Of a stretch of DNA of 26,436 nucleotides, positions 1 through 7,946 are shown one piece after another. Both the position numbers and the translations under genes were made by a program. The notes below the pieces were generated by a model, which was given only the letters and a program-made list of their open reading frames with translations, ran no database searches and was not told where the DNA came from. Within the stretch, counting starts at the first letter, position 1. Every line of letters begins with the position of its first letter. Source of the stretch: a virus (lineage: Duplodnaviria; Caudoviricetes); the IMG/VR virus record IMGVR_UViG_3300049825_000152, positions 1 through 26,436 of that record. One strand, 5' to 3'.

Positions 1-88
1 GCGGCACCCCAAACAAAAACCGCGCAAAGTTTTGACGGGCTTCGAGGTCGGCGGCTTGTTCGTCGAAAATTGGCTTGTAGTCAATCAT
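1..88 (-). CDS. Hypothetical protein, 5' part only (MIDYKPIFDEQAADLEARQNFARFLFGVP...), runs off the window edge
   Basis: Translated by hand; ATG at 88 preceded by GGAGAAAAAA; overlaps the stop of the upstream gene. Confidence 0.65.
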   Translation of the reverse strand, partial: MIDYKPIFDEQAADLEARQNFARFLFGVP

Positions 89-299
89 TTTTTTCTCCAG
101 GAAAAGGGTTGGGGTACTTTGCATCGGCGACTGGCGGCTGTGTATTATTGGCAATAGCGGCATCGACGGCGCGATCAATACCGAGGGACAAACTGCCATT
201 TCCCAAAAAACGTAGATAGGCAGGCGTCCCGGATTCTTCAGGGCGCATCATGATGTTACGGTGCGTTCGCTTTTTATCGGCGGGTAATTTCGATGGCAT
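81..299 (-). CDS. Small putative DNA-binding protein, ribbon-helix-helix-like (72 aa)
   Basis: Start moved to ATG at 299 (GAGG SD, TAATG overlap with upstream stop); pattern of basic strand RTHRNIMM, helix, LGNGSLSLGIDRAV resembles small phage RHH proteins. Confidence 0.55.
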   Translation of the reverse strand: MPSKLPADKKRTHRNIMMRPEESGTPAYLRFLGNGSLSLGIDRAVDAAIANNTQPPVADAKYPNPFPGEKND

Positions 300-709
300 T
301 ATTTTTTCCTCAATGGTTGTAGGGTATCGTGTAGGTTTTTTAGAGCTGTCCAGCAATCATCATCGTAATGATGATTCATCGCCTCGCGCAATTCTGTATC
401 TGCATATTCACCGGCGATTTTTTCGAGTGCGTCATAAAAATTATTCAACTTTCCAGCTTTGTCGGCGTTGCGGTTTTGCATTGCCTGCCTAAAAGATTCA
501 AAAACATTTAATTCGGCTTCGCGGTCATATAAAACGCCGCCTTTGCCAAAAATCCCGCTTTCGATGTGAATAAAATCCTGGATGAACCGCTCGCGCAGTT
601 TAATTTCATCGGCCCACGCCTGCAGCTCAATCAATTGTTGCTCGCCATCGCCACCGCCGTCGTAATTGCGTTCGGCGATGCTGTTGGGGCATAATTCGTC
701 ATTGTTCAT
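299..709 (-). CDS. Hypothetical phage protein (136 aa, acidic, helical)
   Basis: ORF with GAGGA SD, within the coupled minus-strand gene array. Confidence 0.75.
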   Translation of the reverse strand: MNNDELCPNSIAERNYDGGGDGEQQLIELQAWADEIKLRERFIQDFIHIESGIFGKGGVLYDREAELNVFESFRQAMQNRNADKAGKLNNFYDALEKIAGEYADTELREAMNHHYDDDCWTALKNLHDTLQPLRKK

Positions 710-712
710 TTT

Positions 713-796
713 TTATAATTCCTCAAAAATTGCAATAATCAGCGTAACAACAGAAATAACTAAAGCGGACAATGCTATAAAAAAGGCGGCATCCAT
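713..796 (-). CDS. 27-aa single-pass membrane peptide (MDAAFFIALSALVISVVTLIIAIFEEL)
   Basis: Not in the ORF track; fills the gap between neighbours, AAGGA SD, hydrophobic core of about 22 residues. Confidence 0.65.
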   Translation of the reverse strand: MDAAFFIALSALVISVVTLIIAIFEEL

Positions 797-809
797 GGTA
801 TAATATCCT

Positions 810-1184
810 TTAAAATTCGTAACTTAAATGCAAAACATGCCCTTTATTCAGTGTGCCGAATTTTGGGACATACGATAAGCGCCAATGATCGGCGCGATAC
901 GACACGGCAAGCATCGGGACAACGTCGCTACGATAGCCCGTAGCTGCGCCAAGCGACACGGTAACAGCGTGGTAGGTAGCATTAGCCATGCCGTACACTG
1001 TCGATCTCCGTAGCGAATTGTAGTAAGCGCCAGTCTGTACTGATAATGCGCCGTCGGTGCGGACATATAGTCCTGGATTGACGTTATTATTGCCAGGCGC
1101 GGTGTGATAGCTGGCAAGGTGCAGTCCGTAGGTTTCGGCGTGCGTAGGCAAACAAAACAGGGCTAGCAGCAGGTATTTTTTCAT
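810..1184 (-). CDS. Exported outer-membrane beta-barrel protein, PagP-like
   Basis: Sec signal MKKYLLLALFCLPTHA, amphipathic strands, terminal aromatic motif LSYEF; SYH..NNVNPG..YYNS..GAATGY..PMLAVSY..SYVP follows the PagP motif order. Confidence 0.65.
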   Translation of the reverse strand: MKKYLLLALFCLPTHAETYGLHLASYHTAPGNNNVNPGLYVRTDGALSVQTGAYYNSLRRSTVYGMANATYHAVTVSLGAATGYRSDVVPMLAVSYRADHWRLSYVPKFGTLNKGHVLHLSYEF

Positions 1185-1378
1185 TTCCCCGCTCCAGCAA
1201 AATAAACTTGTGTATTGTCCAGCACTTTTTGGATTCCGCGCAAAACCGCCGGCGATAACGAAACTCTTTCCGTGATTGCTTGCAAAGTGCCAAGCAATTG
1301 CGCAATTATCATTTCAGCGGCCTTCACATCGGCTTTGAGCTTGTCGTATTCTTCTGCGGTGATGGTGATCGTTGTCAT
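1181..1378 (-). CDS. Hypothetical protein, coiled coil (65 aa)
   Basis: ATGA overlap with downstream gene; TITITAEEYDKLK N-terminus typical of small phage proteins. Confidence 0.7.
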   Translation of the reverse strand: MTTITITAEEYDKLKADVKAAEMIIAQLLGTLQAITERVSLSPAVLRGIQKVLDNTQVYFAGAGK

Positions 1379-1379
1379 T

Positions 1380-1595
1380 TTAATGCTCGCTTTCTAAATT
1401 ATTGGCTATAAATTCAGCGTAGGTGTTTGCTTCTGTTTCGGTAGGGAAAAAATTAACATAAGGCACATATTGCATTGCGTCATCATCATGTAGTTGTACG
1501 CTGAACGGGTAACGGTCGCGAAGGTTGCCAGAGAACATTACTACCGCAGTCACACAATTTTGAGGATTGCTAAATTGTTTTGTGATGGTTTTCAT
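1380..1595 (-). CDS. Hypothetical protein (71 aa, MKTITKQF...)
   Basis: Start moved to ATG at 1595 (AGGGG SD), which removes the overlap with 1606..1830. Confidence 0.65.
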   Translation of the reverse strand: MKTITKQFSNPQNCVTAVVMFSGNLRDRYPFSVQLHDDDAMQYVPYVNFFPTETEANTYAEFIANNLESEH

Positions 1596-1605
1596 TATTA
1601 AGCCC

Positions 1606-1830
1606 CTAATCTTTATCGGATGATTTAATAATGCGGGTAAGCCCGTTTTTACACATAAAATCAACGGAATTATTTGAAATATCCTTTTCCAGCGCGCTGC
1701 ACAACTTATAAACCGGCATATGATGTTTATCTACGGAGCTGTGCTGAAATTGATGATGTTTATCCCAAAACCCCACCCATTTATACCCGTGGTGTTCCAT
1801 TTTGAGATAATGGCTTTTGTCGTGTAGCAT
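1606..1830 (-). CDS. Hypothetical His-rich protein (74 aa)
   Basis: AAAGGA SD; fits the gene array. Confidence 0.65.
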   Translation of the reverse strand: MLHDKSHYLKMEHHGYKWVGFWDKHHQFQHSSVDKHHMPVYKLCSALEKDISNNSVDFMCKNGLTRIIKSSDKD

Positions 1831-1854
1831 GATATTTGTCCTTTGGTGGGTGAA

Positions 1855-2265
1855 TTACAAATAAATACGGTTGTCATTGTTAAAAATCTGAATCATGCCG
1901 CCGCGCGGATCGCCTTGAAACTCAACGCGTAACATGGGGCATTTTGCTATAATGACCAACACTCTTTTAATTGCGCCGGTTTCACGATCGGCGGTGGAGC
2001 AAATACGTTTACCTGTGTTGGTGTTGTACCAAAAAGGCTTATTTGTTACTTCATCGCGCTGAATTGCGCCGTTGCATTCATGTTCCGCCCATGTGTGCAG
2101 CGCTTTTTCAGCGCGATACAGGGCTAAAACATCGGTTTCATCAAGGCCAAACTCAGCAAGTTTCCGCTTCACCTGATTAAAATTCATCAATTCGCGCTCT
2201 TTTTGATTGTACTGAATATAAGTAACAGGTTCGTTTTTCCAGTTTGTTGTGTGTACTGTTTTCAT
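1855..2265 (-). CDS. Hypothetical early phage protein (136 aa; ECNG and QGDPRG motifs)
   Basis: AAGGA SD; motifs resemble recurrent phage early hypotheticals (from recollection). Confidence 0.8.
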   Translation of the reverse strand: MKTVHTTNWKNEPVTYIQYNQKERELMNFNQVKRKLAEFGLDETDVLALYRAEKALHTWAEHECNGAIQRDEVTNKPFWYNTNTGKRICSTADRETGAIKRVLVIIAKCPMLRVEFQGDPRGGMIQIFNNDNRIYL

Positions 2266-2294
2266 GATTTTTTCCTTTTAGTGGGAAGGGTAAA

Positions 2295-2459
2295 TTAAAT
2301 AATCAGGTATTTTCGCAATAAAGCAACGTCGCTCGCGCACAGCAGGCATTCGGCGAATCGGTGCTGTACAAAATAATTCCGTGCGCGGATGCAGGCCGAG
2401 GGGGAAAACCCTGTGCCGTGTAAACTGGTCATGATTTGATCAAGGGTCAAAGTTTTCAT
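2295..2459 (-). CDS. First gene of the leftward operon, hypothetical (54 aa, MKTLTLDQIM...)
   Basis: Strong AAGGAG SD before ATG at 2459; the upstream extension in the ORF track runs through the promoter region. Confidence 0.7.
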   Translation of the reverse strand: MKTLTLDQIMTSLHGTGFSPSACIRARNYFVQHRFAECLLCASDVALLRKYLII

Positions 2460-2510
2460 GATTTTTCTCCTTTTGTTTATCGTCAGCGGGTTTGCTGTGT
2501 CGATGTAGTG

Positions 2511-2549
2511 ATTATACATGTATTTATAAATATGTATAGGTATTTGCAA
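2511..2549 (-). promoter_or_regulatory. Candidate leftward promoter (-10 TATAAT) overlapped by an AT-rich palindrome
   Basis: TATAAT on the minus strand at 2511-2516; perfect palindrome TATTTATAAATA 2521-2532 with TATACA/TGTATA flanks; no good -35 at 17 bp. Confidence 0.5.
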
Positions 2550-2571
2550 TGTTTCGATGTTGCAGTGCAAA

Positions 2572-2600
2572 ATGACTAGTAAAATCAACGGTGATATAAT
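2572..2600 (+). promoter_or_regulatory. Sigma70-type promoter with extended -10
   Basis: ATGACT-17 bp-TATAAT, with TG-n-TATAAT. Confidence 0.6.
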
Positions 2601-2606
2601 GAGCGC

Positions 2607-2750
2607 ATGATTAAAATATCCGAGCAAACCCAAAATTTACGCGACAAACTCGACCAGGCACAGACGCCCAAGCTGTTGCCGATACCAATACCGGCGCAAC
2701 CTACAGCGCCGAGAGAGGGTTACAAGCCTGTGAGTAGCTGGCAACCATAG
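2607..2750 (+). CDS. 47-aa Pro-rich small protein, probably leaderless
   Basis: ATG lies 6 nt after the -10 hexamer, no SD; MIKISEQTQNLRDKLDQAQTPKLLPIPIPAQPTAPREGYKPVSSWQP; followed directly by a terminator. Confidence 0.5.
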   Translation: MIKISEQTQNLRDKLDQAQTPKLLPIPIPAQPTAPREGYKPVSSWQP

Positions 2751-2757
2751 CGCAAAA

Positions 2758-2787
2758 TAAAGCAGGCAATTCGCTTGCTTTTTTTTC
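2758..2787 (+). terminator. Rho-independent terminator
   Basis: AAAGCAGGC-AATTC-GCTTGCTTT hairpin followed by a long T run. Confidence 0.75.
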
Positions 2788-2794
2788 GCCCATG

Positions 2795-2842
2795 AATGAG
2801 AATGCTTCTCAATTGCAAATAGGAATGATTCTCATTCTCATT
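2795..2842. promoter_or_regulatory. Tandem Fur-box-like sites upstream of terS
   Basis: TGAGAAT-G-CTTCTCA (2797-2811) and TAGGAAT-G-ATTCTCA (2820-2834) plus an extra TTCTCA hexamer; resemble the 7-1-7 Fur motif TGATAATnATTATCA. Confidence 0.55.
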
Positions 2843-2885
2843 TAATCGCATAATCAAAGTGTTAAATATTAAAGAAATCAACTAA

Positions 2886-3254
2886 ATGGCGGCAAACAAG
2901 ACAAAACCCACAGGAAGGCCTGCAGGGACGCCAAACAAGGCCACAAGCAACGCTCGCGCTGCGATAGCACTATTTGTGGACAGGAATGCCTCAAGGCTTG
3001 AGGGTTGGCTAGATCAAGTTGCTGAGGAAAACCCTGCTAAAGCCTTCGAACTATTCCAGACCGTTGTTGAATACCATATCCCAAAACTAGCGCGCACCGA
3101 ATTGACCGGCGAAGGGGGTAAAGATTTAATCCCGACAACCCTGACAGTCAATTTTGTCAGTGGGAAAACAGCCGCGCAAACAGAAGCAAAATACGGCCAA
3201 AGTGGGAAAGTTTCGATTCATATGTCAGAAAACGCGGGTTTAGACAAGGCCTAG
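2886..3254 (+). CDS. terS: Terminase small subunit
   Basis: GRPAGTPNK N-terminal motif, PKLARTELTGEGG C-terminal motif, directly upstream of terL. Confidence 0.8.
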   Translation: MAANKTKPTGRPAGTPNKATSNARAAIALFVDRNASRLEGWLDQVAEENPAKAFELFQTVVEYHIPKLARTELTGEGGKDLIPTTLTVNFVSGKTAAQTEAKYGQSGKVSIHMSENAGLDKA

Positions 3255-4558
3255 TGGTAAACCGTCCCATGCCAAACAGCCAAGCCATTGAATTCCCTGA
3301 AAAACTACAATTCCTATTTTCGCCTGCGCGTTACAAAGTTTTGCACGGAGGCCGTGGTGGTGCTAAGTCTTGGGGGGCGGCGCGAGCGTTAATCCTGGCT
3401 TGCATGGCCGGCCATGAGCGCATTCTCTGCGCGCGTGAGATACAAAAAAGCATTCAAGATTCTGTTCACAAGCTCATATCAGATCAGATCGCGGCTATGG
3501 GGTTATCGGCGGCGTTCCGCATTACCGAAAACGTCATATATGGGCCGAATGACTCCGAATTTTTATTCGCCGGTCTGCGACAGCAAAACGTTACGTCGAT
3601 AAAATCATTTGAAGGCGTTACAAAATGTTGGGTGGAAGAGGCGCAAACCGTATCAAAACGCTCATGGGATATTTTAATACCGACGATACGCAAAGACGGT
3701 AGCGAAATATGGGTAACGTTCAACCCAGAATTAGATAGCGACGAAACCTATGTCCGCTTTGTTGAGCAAGCGCCGGACGATGCTGTAGTGGTACAGATTA
3801 ACTATGGCGATAATCCGTGGTTTCCGTCCGTGCTGGAAAAAGAGCGCTTGGACTGGCTACGACGAGACCCAGAAGGCTATAAAACAACTTGGCTAGGCCA
3901 ATGCAGGCCAGCAGTCGAAGGCGCAATCTACGCCAAAGAGATTGCGCAAGCGTATGAGCAAAACCGCATCATCCCTCTCACTTATGATCCGTTGATCAAA
4001 GTGCACACAATATGGGACTTGGGCTGGAATGACAGCATGAGCATTTTACTCGTGCAGCGTACAGCGGGCGAAGTGCGCATCATTGACCACATCACCGATT
4101 CCCTGCGAACGCTCGATTATTATGTCGGGCAGTTGCGCGACAAGCGACACAACGGCGCGAGTTATAACTGGGGCACTGACTACATCCCACACGATGGCGC
4201 GGCGCGTGATTTCAAGACGGGGAAAAGTACCGAAGAGCTATTAAAGGCGATGGAGCGTAACCCTAAACTGATTCCTAATATCGGCGTAGAAGAAGGCATC
4301 CGCGCCGCTCGGATGATGTTCCTTAGAACCTATTTCAACAAACCAGCCACTGTCGATTTAATCAATTCACTTAAGCGTTACAAGCGCCGCGAGCAGGCGA
4401 ACGGTGTATTCAGCTCACCTCTACATGATGACAATTCACACGACGCGGATGCGTTCCGTTATCTTGGCGTCGTAGTCGAAGAGTTAGGCAATAACACGCA
4501 CAGCAAAGCGCCAAAGTTACACTTCAACAACCGCATGGCAACATCACTGCAAAGGTAA
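3254..4558 (+). CDS. terL: Terminase large subunit (PBSX/Terminase_3-like ATPase plus RNase H-like nuclease)
   Basis: Walker A HGGRGGAKS, CAREIQKSI, Walker B WVEEAQ, TFNP, nuclease WDLG and HDADAFRY; may start at ATG 3269. Confidence 0.95.
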   Translation: MVNRPMPNSQAIEFPEKLQFLFSPARYKVLHGGRGGAKSWGAARALILACMAGHERILCAREIQKSIQDSVHKLISDQIAAMGLSAAFRITENVIYGPNDSEFLFAGLRQQNVTSIKSFEGVTKCWVEEAQTVSKRSWDILIPTIRKDGSEIWVTFNPELDSDETYVRFVEQAPDDAVVVQINYGDNPWFPSVLEKERLDWLRRDPEGYKTTWLGQCRPAVEGAIYAKEIAQAYEQNRIIPLTYDPLIKVHTIWDLGWNDSMSILLVQRTAGEVRIIDHITDSLRTLDYYVGQLRDKRHNGASYNWGTDYIPHDGAARDFKTGKSTEELLKAMERNPKLIPNIGVEEGIRAARMMFLRTYFNKPATVDLINSLKRYKRREQANGVFSSPLHDDNSHDADAFRYLGVVVEELGNNTHSKAPKLHFNNRMATSLQR

Positions 4559-4561
4559 AAC

Positions 4562-4744
4562 ATGAAAATGACCCGCGAAGAAATCACCGACATATTCCAG
4601 CGTTTAAGCCGTGGCATGGCTCCACAATCCATAGACAAAATTATTGACCTGCTGGCCACGCTGTCTGACTCGCTCCCCGATGAAACAAAGCAGGATAAGG
4701 ATGACGCAAAACCTAAAAAAGACACGTTAAGTTTGAAAAAATAA
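4562..4744 (+). CDS. Hypothetical protein (60 aa)
   Basis: AAGG SD, TAATG coupling to the portal gene. Confidence 0.7.
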   Translation: MKMTREEITDIFQRLSRGMAPQSIDKIIDLLATLSDSLPDETKQDKDDAKPKKDTLSLKK

Positions 4745-6975
4745 TGAAACTAGACGAAGAAAAGTTGCTGTCTATACTGCAATATCGGGCAGAGAAAGCC
4801 GGAGAATTCACATGGGGCGAGCTTGCTGACATGCGAGCAGCGGCTATTCGTGATTATTATCGTCTGCCTTATGGTAATGAAGATGATGGTAGCTCGCAGT
4901 TTGTATCATCAGAAGTCCATGACACCATCAATACACTATTGCCAGACCTGCTGGAAGTGTTCACGTCGGGTGAGGATGTTGTCAGCCTGACGCCGCGCGG
5001 CGCTGAAGATGTGAAGAACGCGGAGAATGTGGGCATCGGGTTGAATTATATTTTCTATCAGCAAAATGATGGCTTTCTTGTTTTGCATAACGCGATTAAA
5101 GATGCGCTGATGGTCAAGGCAGGCGCGGTAACGTGGTATTTGCACGAAGCCGAAATAGTGGAAGTCATCCCATACGTCAACGTGTCGCAAGATCAAATCG
5201 CTTACATCCAAAGCGGGATGAAAGACGCTGAAATTGAAATGCTGGAGCAAACGCCTAACGCAGAAATGGAAGTTAATCCTGAATCTGGCGAAGCGGTGCA
5301 ATTGTTTTCTGTGCGCATCAAAAAGACCACGCGCACTAAGCGGGTAAAGGTTGAATCTTTCCCGCCGGAAGAATTGTTAGTGGCAGAGAGGCACGCCTCT
5401 CCCATGTTGCATGATTCGCCTTACACGGCGCGGGTTCGATCTATCACGCTGTCTGACTTAATTGAAATGGGCTACGAAATTACTGGCGATGAATTGCGCT
5501 CTGACAGCGGCATGAATGAATCAGCCGACAAGTATGAACGCCAGCTATCTAACAGGAACATCCAAGACGAAGACGCCGACCCCGATGAATCCATGACGGT
5601 AGGCGACTTTTACGAAGAGTATGCACGGATAGACGTTGATGGCGATGGCATCGCCGAGCTGCTCAAAGTTTGCCGTGTACGCAACAAGATTTTAAGCCAA
5701 GAAGTCGTAAGCCATGTCCCGTTTGCCATATGCTCGCCGTACATCACGCCGCACCAATGGATAGGCGAATCAGTCCACGACCAGCTCGAAGACTTGCAGC
5801 GCCTCGGCACTGACATCATGCGCCCAACGCTGGACGGCCTAAATCAGTCAGTTAATCCGCGCACTATTGTGCAGACAGATAACGACTGGACGCCATTAGT
5901 TAACCTTGATGATTTGCTAGTCAAACAGGTAGGCGGCGTTGTGCGCACCAAAGATATTAACGCCGTGCGGGAGGAGCGCACCACGTTTGCGGGCGCGGCA
6001 GGCTTGCAAACTTTGGAGTATGTGCAAACGCTCACCGAGTCGCGCAGCGGCGTGAATCGTTACGACCAAGGCATGAACAGCAACTCGCTAAATAAAACGC
6101 TAGGCGGGATGCAAATGCTATCTGGCGCATCATCTAAAAAACGCACCCTTGTTGCCCGCATTATCGCTGAATGCTTGGTCAAACCCATATTTAAAGGGAT
6201 TTTAAAGCTGGCGACTGAGTCGGGCAATTTAGATAAGCTATCAATGCGAATGTTTGGCGAGTCTATAACGCTTGACCCAAATGAGTGGCACGAAGGCTAT
6301 GACATGACCATTAATGTCGGGCTGGGAACCGGGGATAAGCAAGTGCAGGTTAATGGCTTAATGCAGATTATGGCGATGCAGAAAGAAGCTATGGCAGGGG
6401 GCAGCGGATTAGTTACTGAAGAAAAGATATACAACGCAGCAACGAAACTCATTACTTTGCTTGGCTATAAAAACCATCAAGATTTTTTAGTGAACCCGAC
6501 AACCGCGCCGCCAAAACCCCCGCCGCCGCCACCAATTGAGCTACAGGTTCAGCAAGCCAAGTCACAGGCAGAACAAGAGAAATTGAAGTTATCCGCACAA
6601 CTTGAAACACAGAAAGGAGTGCCCGACATGGCGCGCCCACAACATGAGCTTAATCATGAATTTAATATGGAGGCGATGAGACAGAAAGCAGAAACGGATC
6701 GCGCTGTTGCCGTAGAAAACATCCGTGCCCAATCCAGCTTTGCCACCAATAACCCGCTTGCCGTGCCGGAAAGCCCGATGAACGCCATGATTGCGGCAGT
6801 CACGCAAGGTCAAATGGCGTTGGCGGAAGCGATAACCCTATTTGCGCAAAACCAAGCGCGCACAGCAGACCTTATCGAGCAACAAATACAAGCCTCATTA
6901 GCGCCTAAGTCTGTTTCGATGCCTGGCGCTGATGGGAAAATCCGTACTGCAATCATTCAACCACAACTACAGTAA
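4744..6975 (+). CDS. Portal protein, P22-like, with long C-terminal coiled-coil extension
   Basis: Follows terL; 743 aa; motifs DYY..PYGNE, DVDGDGIAEL, INVGLGTG; poly-Pro linker then Q/E/K helical tail. Confidence 0.9.
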   Translation: MKLDEEKLLSILQYRAEKAGEFTWGELADMRAAAIRDYYRLPYGNEDDGSSQFVSSEVHDTINTLLPDLLEVFTSGEDVVSLTPRGAEDVKNAENVGIGLNYIFYQQNDGFLVLHNAIKDALMVKAGAVTWYLHEAEIVEVIPYVNVSQDQIAYIQSGMKDAEIEMLEQTPNAEMEVNPESGEAVQLFSVRIKKTTRTKRVKVESFPPEELLVAERHASPMLHDSPYTARVRSITLSDLIEMGYEITGDELRSDSGMNESADKYERQLSNRNIQDEDADPDESMTVGDFYEEYARIDVDGDGIAELLKVCRVRNKILSQEVVSHVPFAICSPYITPHQWIGESVHDQLEDLQRLGTDIMRPTLDGLNQSVNPRTIVQTDNDWTPLVNLDDLLVKQVGGVVRTKDINAVREERTTFAGAAGLQTLEYVQTLTESRSGVNRYDQGMNSNSLNKTLGGMQMLSGASSKKRTLVARIIAECLVKPIFKGILKLATESGNLDKLSMRMFGESITLDPNEWHEGYDMTINVGLGTGDKQVQVNGLMQIMAMQKEAMAGGSGLVTEEKIYNAATKLITLLGYKNHQDFLVNPTTAPPKPPPPPPIELQVQQAKSQAEQEKLKLSAQLETQKGVPDMARPQHELNHEFNMEAMRQKAETDRAVAVENIRAQSSFATNNPLAVPESPMNAMIAAVTQGQMALAEAITLFAQNQARTADLIEQQIQASLAPKSVSMPGADGKIRTAIIQPQLQ

Positions 6976-6984
6976 AGGAACATC

Positions 6985-7404
6985 ATGCCCTTAAATACCC
7001 AACTAGCAAACGCAACCGTCAACGGCCAAGCCGATAACTTATCGGTGCGGCTGAACGGCGGCCTTCTACGCATTTACGATGGAGCGCAACCCGCCACGGC
7101 AGACACTGCTATTACTACGCAAGTCTTGCTTGCTGAACTGACTTTTAACGCCACAGCAGCGCCGGCAGCGGTCAATGGCGTTTTGACGTTCAATGCCATC
7201 ACTCAAGACACTGCTGCAAACGCTACCGGAACTGCGACATGGTGTCGCGCGGTGCAATCTAACGGTACTACTGTCGTTATGGATGGCACAGTTGGAACGG
7301 CTACGTCGAACCTGATTCTCTCCACTGCGGCGATTGTTATCGGTGGTCCTGTGTCGGTTTCTAGCTATAGCCATACCGTTAGCAAATCGGCTGCTGGCAT
7401 CTAA
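6985..7404 (+). CDS. Small beta-rich virion structural protein (fibre or decoration subunit candidate)
   Basis: AAGGA SD; A/T/G-rich all-beta pattern (LRIYDGAQP, ANATGTATW, DGTVG). Confidence 0.7.
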   Translation: MPLNTQLANATVNGQADNLSVRLNGGLLRIYDGAQPATADTAITTQVLLAELTFNATAAPAAVNGVLTFNAITQDTAANATGTATWCRAVQSNGTTVVMDGTVGTATSNLILSTAAIVIGGPVSVSSYSHTVSKSAAGI

Positions 7405-7412
7405 GGAAAATC

Positions 7413-7946
7413 ATGGCCGACGATACAATAACAAACGCAGGCACAGGTGGCGATACGCTTGCCACCGACCAAGTGACGTTGCTGAACGGCGCCGCGTCAT
7501 CTATCCCCAAAGTTATACGCGTTAAGATGATGTATGGTGATGATGGATCTGCAAGGGATGCTTCTTTGCTCTACCCAATGCCGGTAACAGCCACTACATC
7601 AATTCCCGCGACGCAGACCGGGGCGGCAGGAGCGGCGGTAACATTGACCATCCCCGCTCCTGCCGCTGGGTTGTTTAATTACATTCAGTCGTTACATATT
7701 TCACTGTACGCCTCAGCCGCGCGGACGGGAGCTGCCGCCCCAGTTATCGTAACAACAACCAACCTACCCGGCGCGCCAGCATTTAATTTCCCAACCGCTC
7801 AAGCAATTGGCAGCATTGACCGTGATGATCAAGATTATGTCGCTCCGGTAAAGTCAATTACAGCGGCTACTGCGACCACTTTTGTTGCGCCGGTTGCCAC
7901 ATCGGGCATATGGCGGATAACCGCAACCTATTATCAGGCACCTTAA
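7413..7946 (+). CDS. Virion-associated protein, fibre or spike-like (177 aa)
   Basis: AAGGA SD; N-terminal segment ending YPMPV, then a beta-sandwich-like domain. Confidence 0.65.
   Translation: MADDTITNAGTGGDTLATDQVTLLNGAASSIPKVIRVKMMYGDDGSARDASLLYPMPVTATTSIPATQTGAAGAAVTLTIPAPAAGLFNYIQSLHISLYASAARTGAAAPVIVTTTNLPGAPAFNFPTAQAIGSIDRDDQDYVAPVKSITAATATTFVAPVATSGIWRITATYYQAP

Noticed and set aside
2460-2633. N-terminal extension of ORF 2295..2633
   Set aside because: Runs through promoter and palindrome DNA; the strong SD supports the start at 2459
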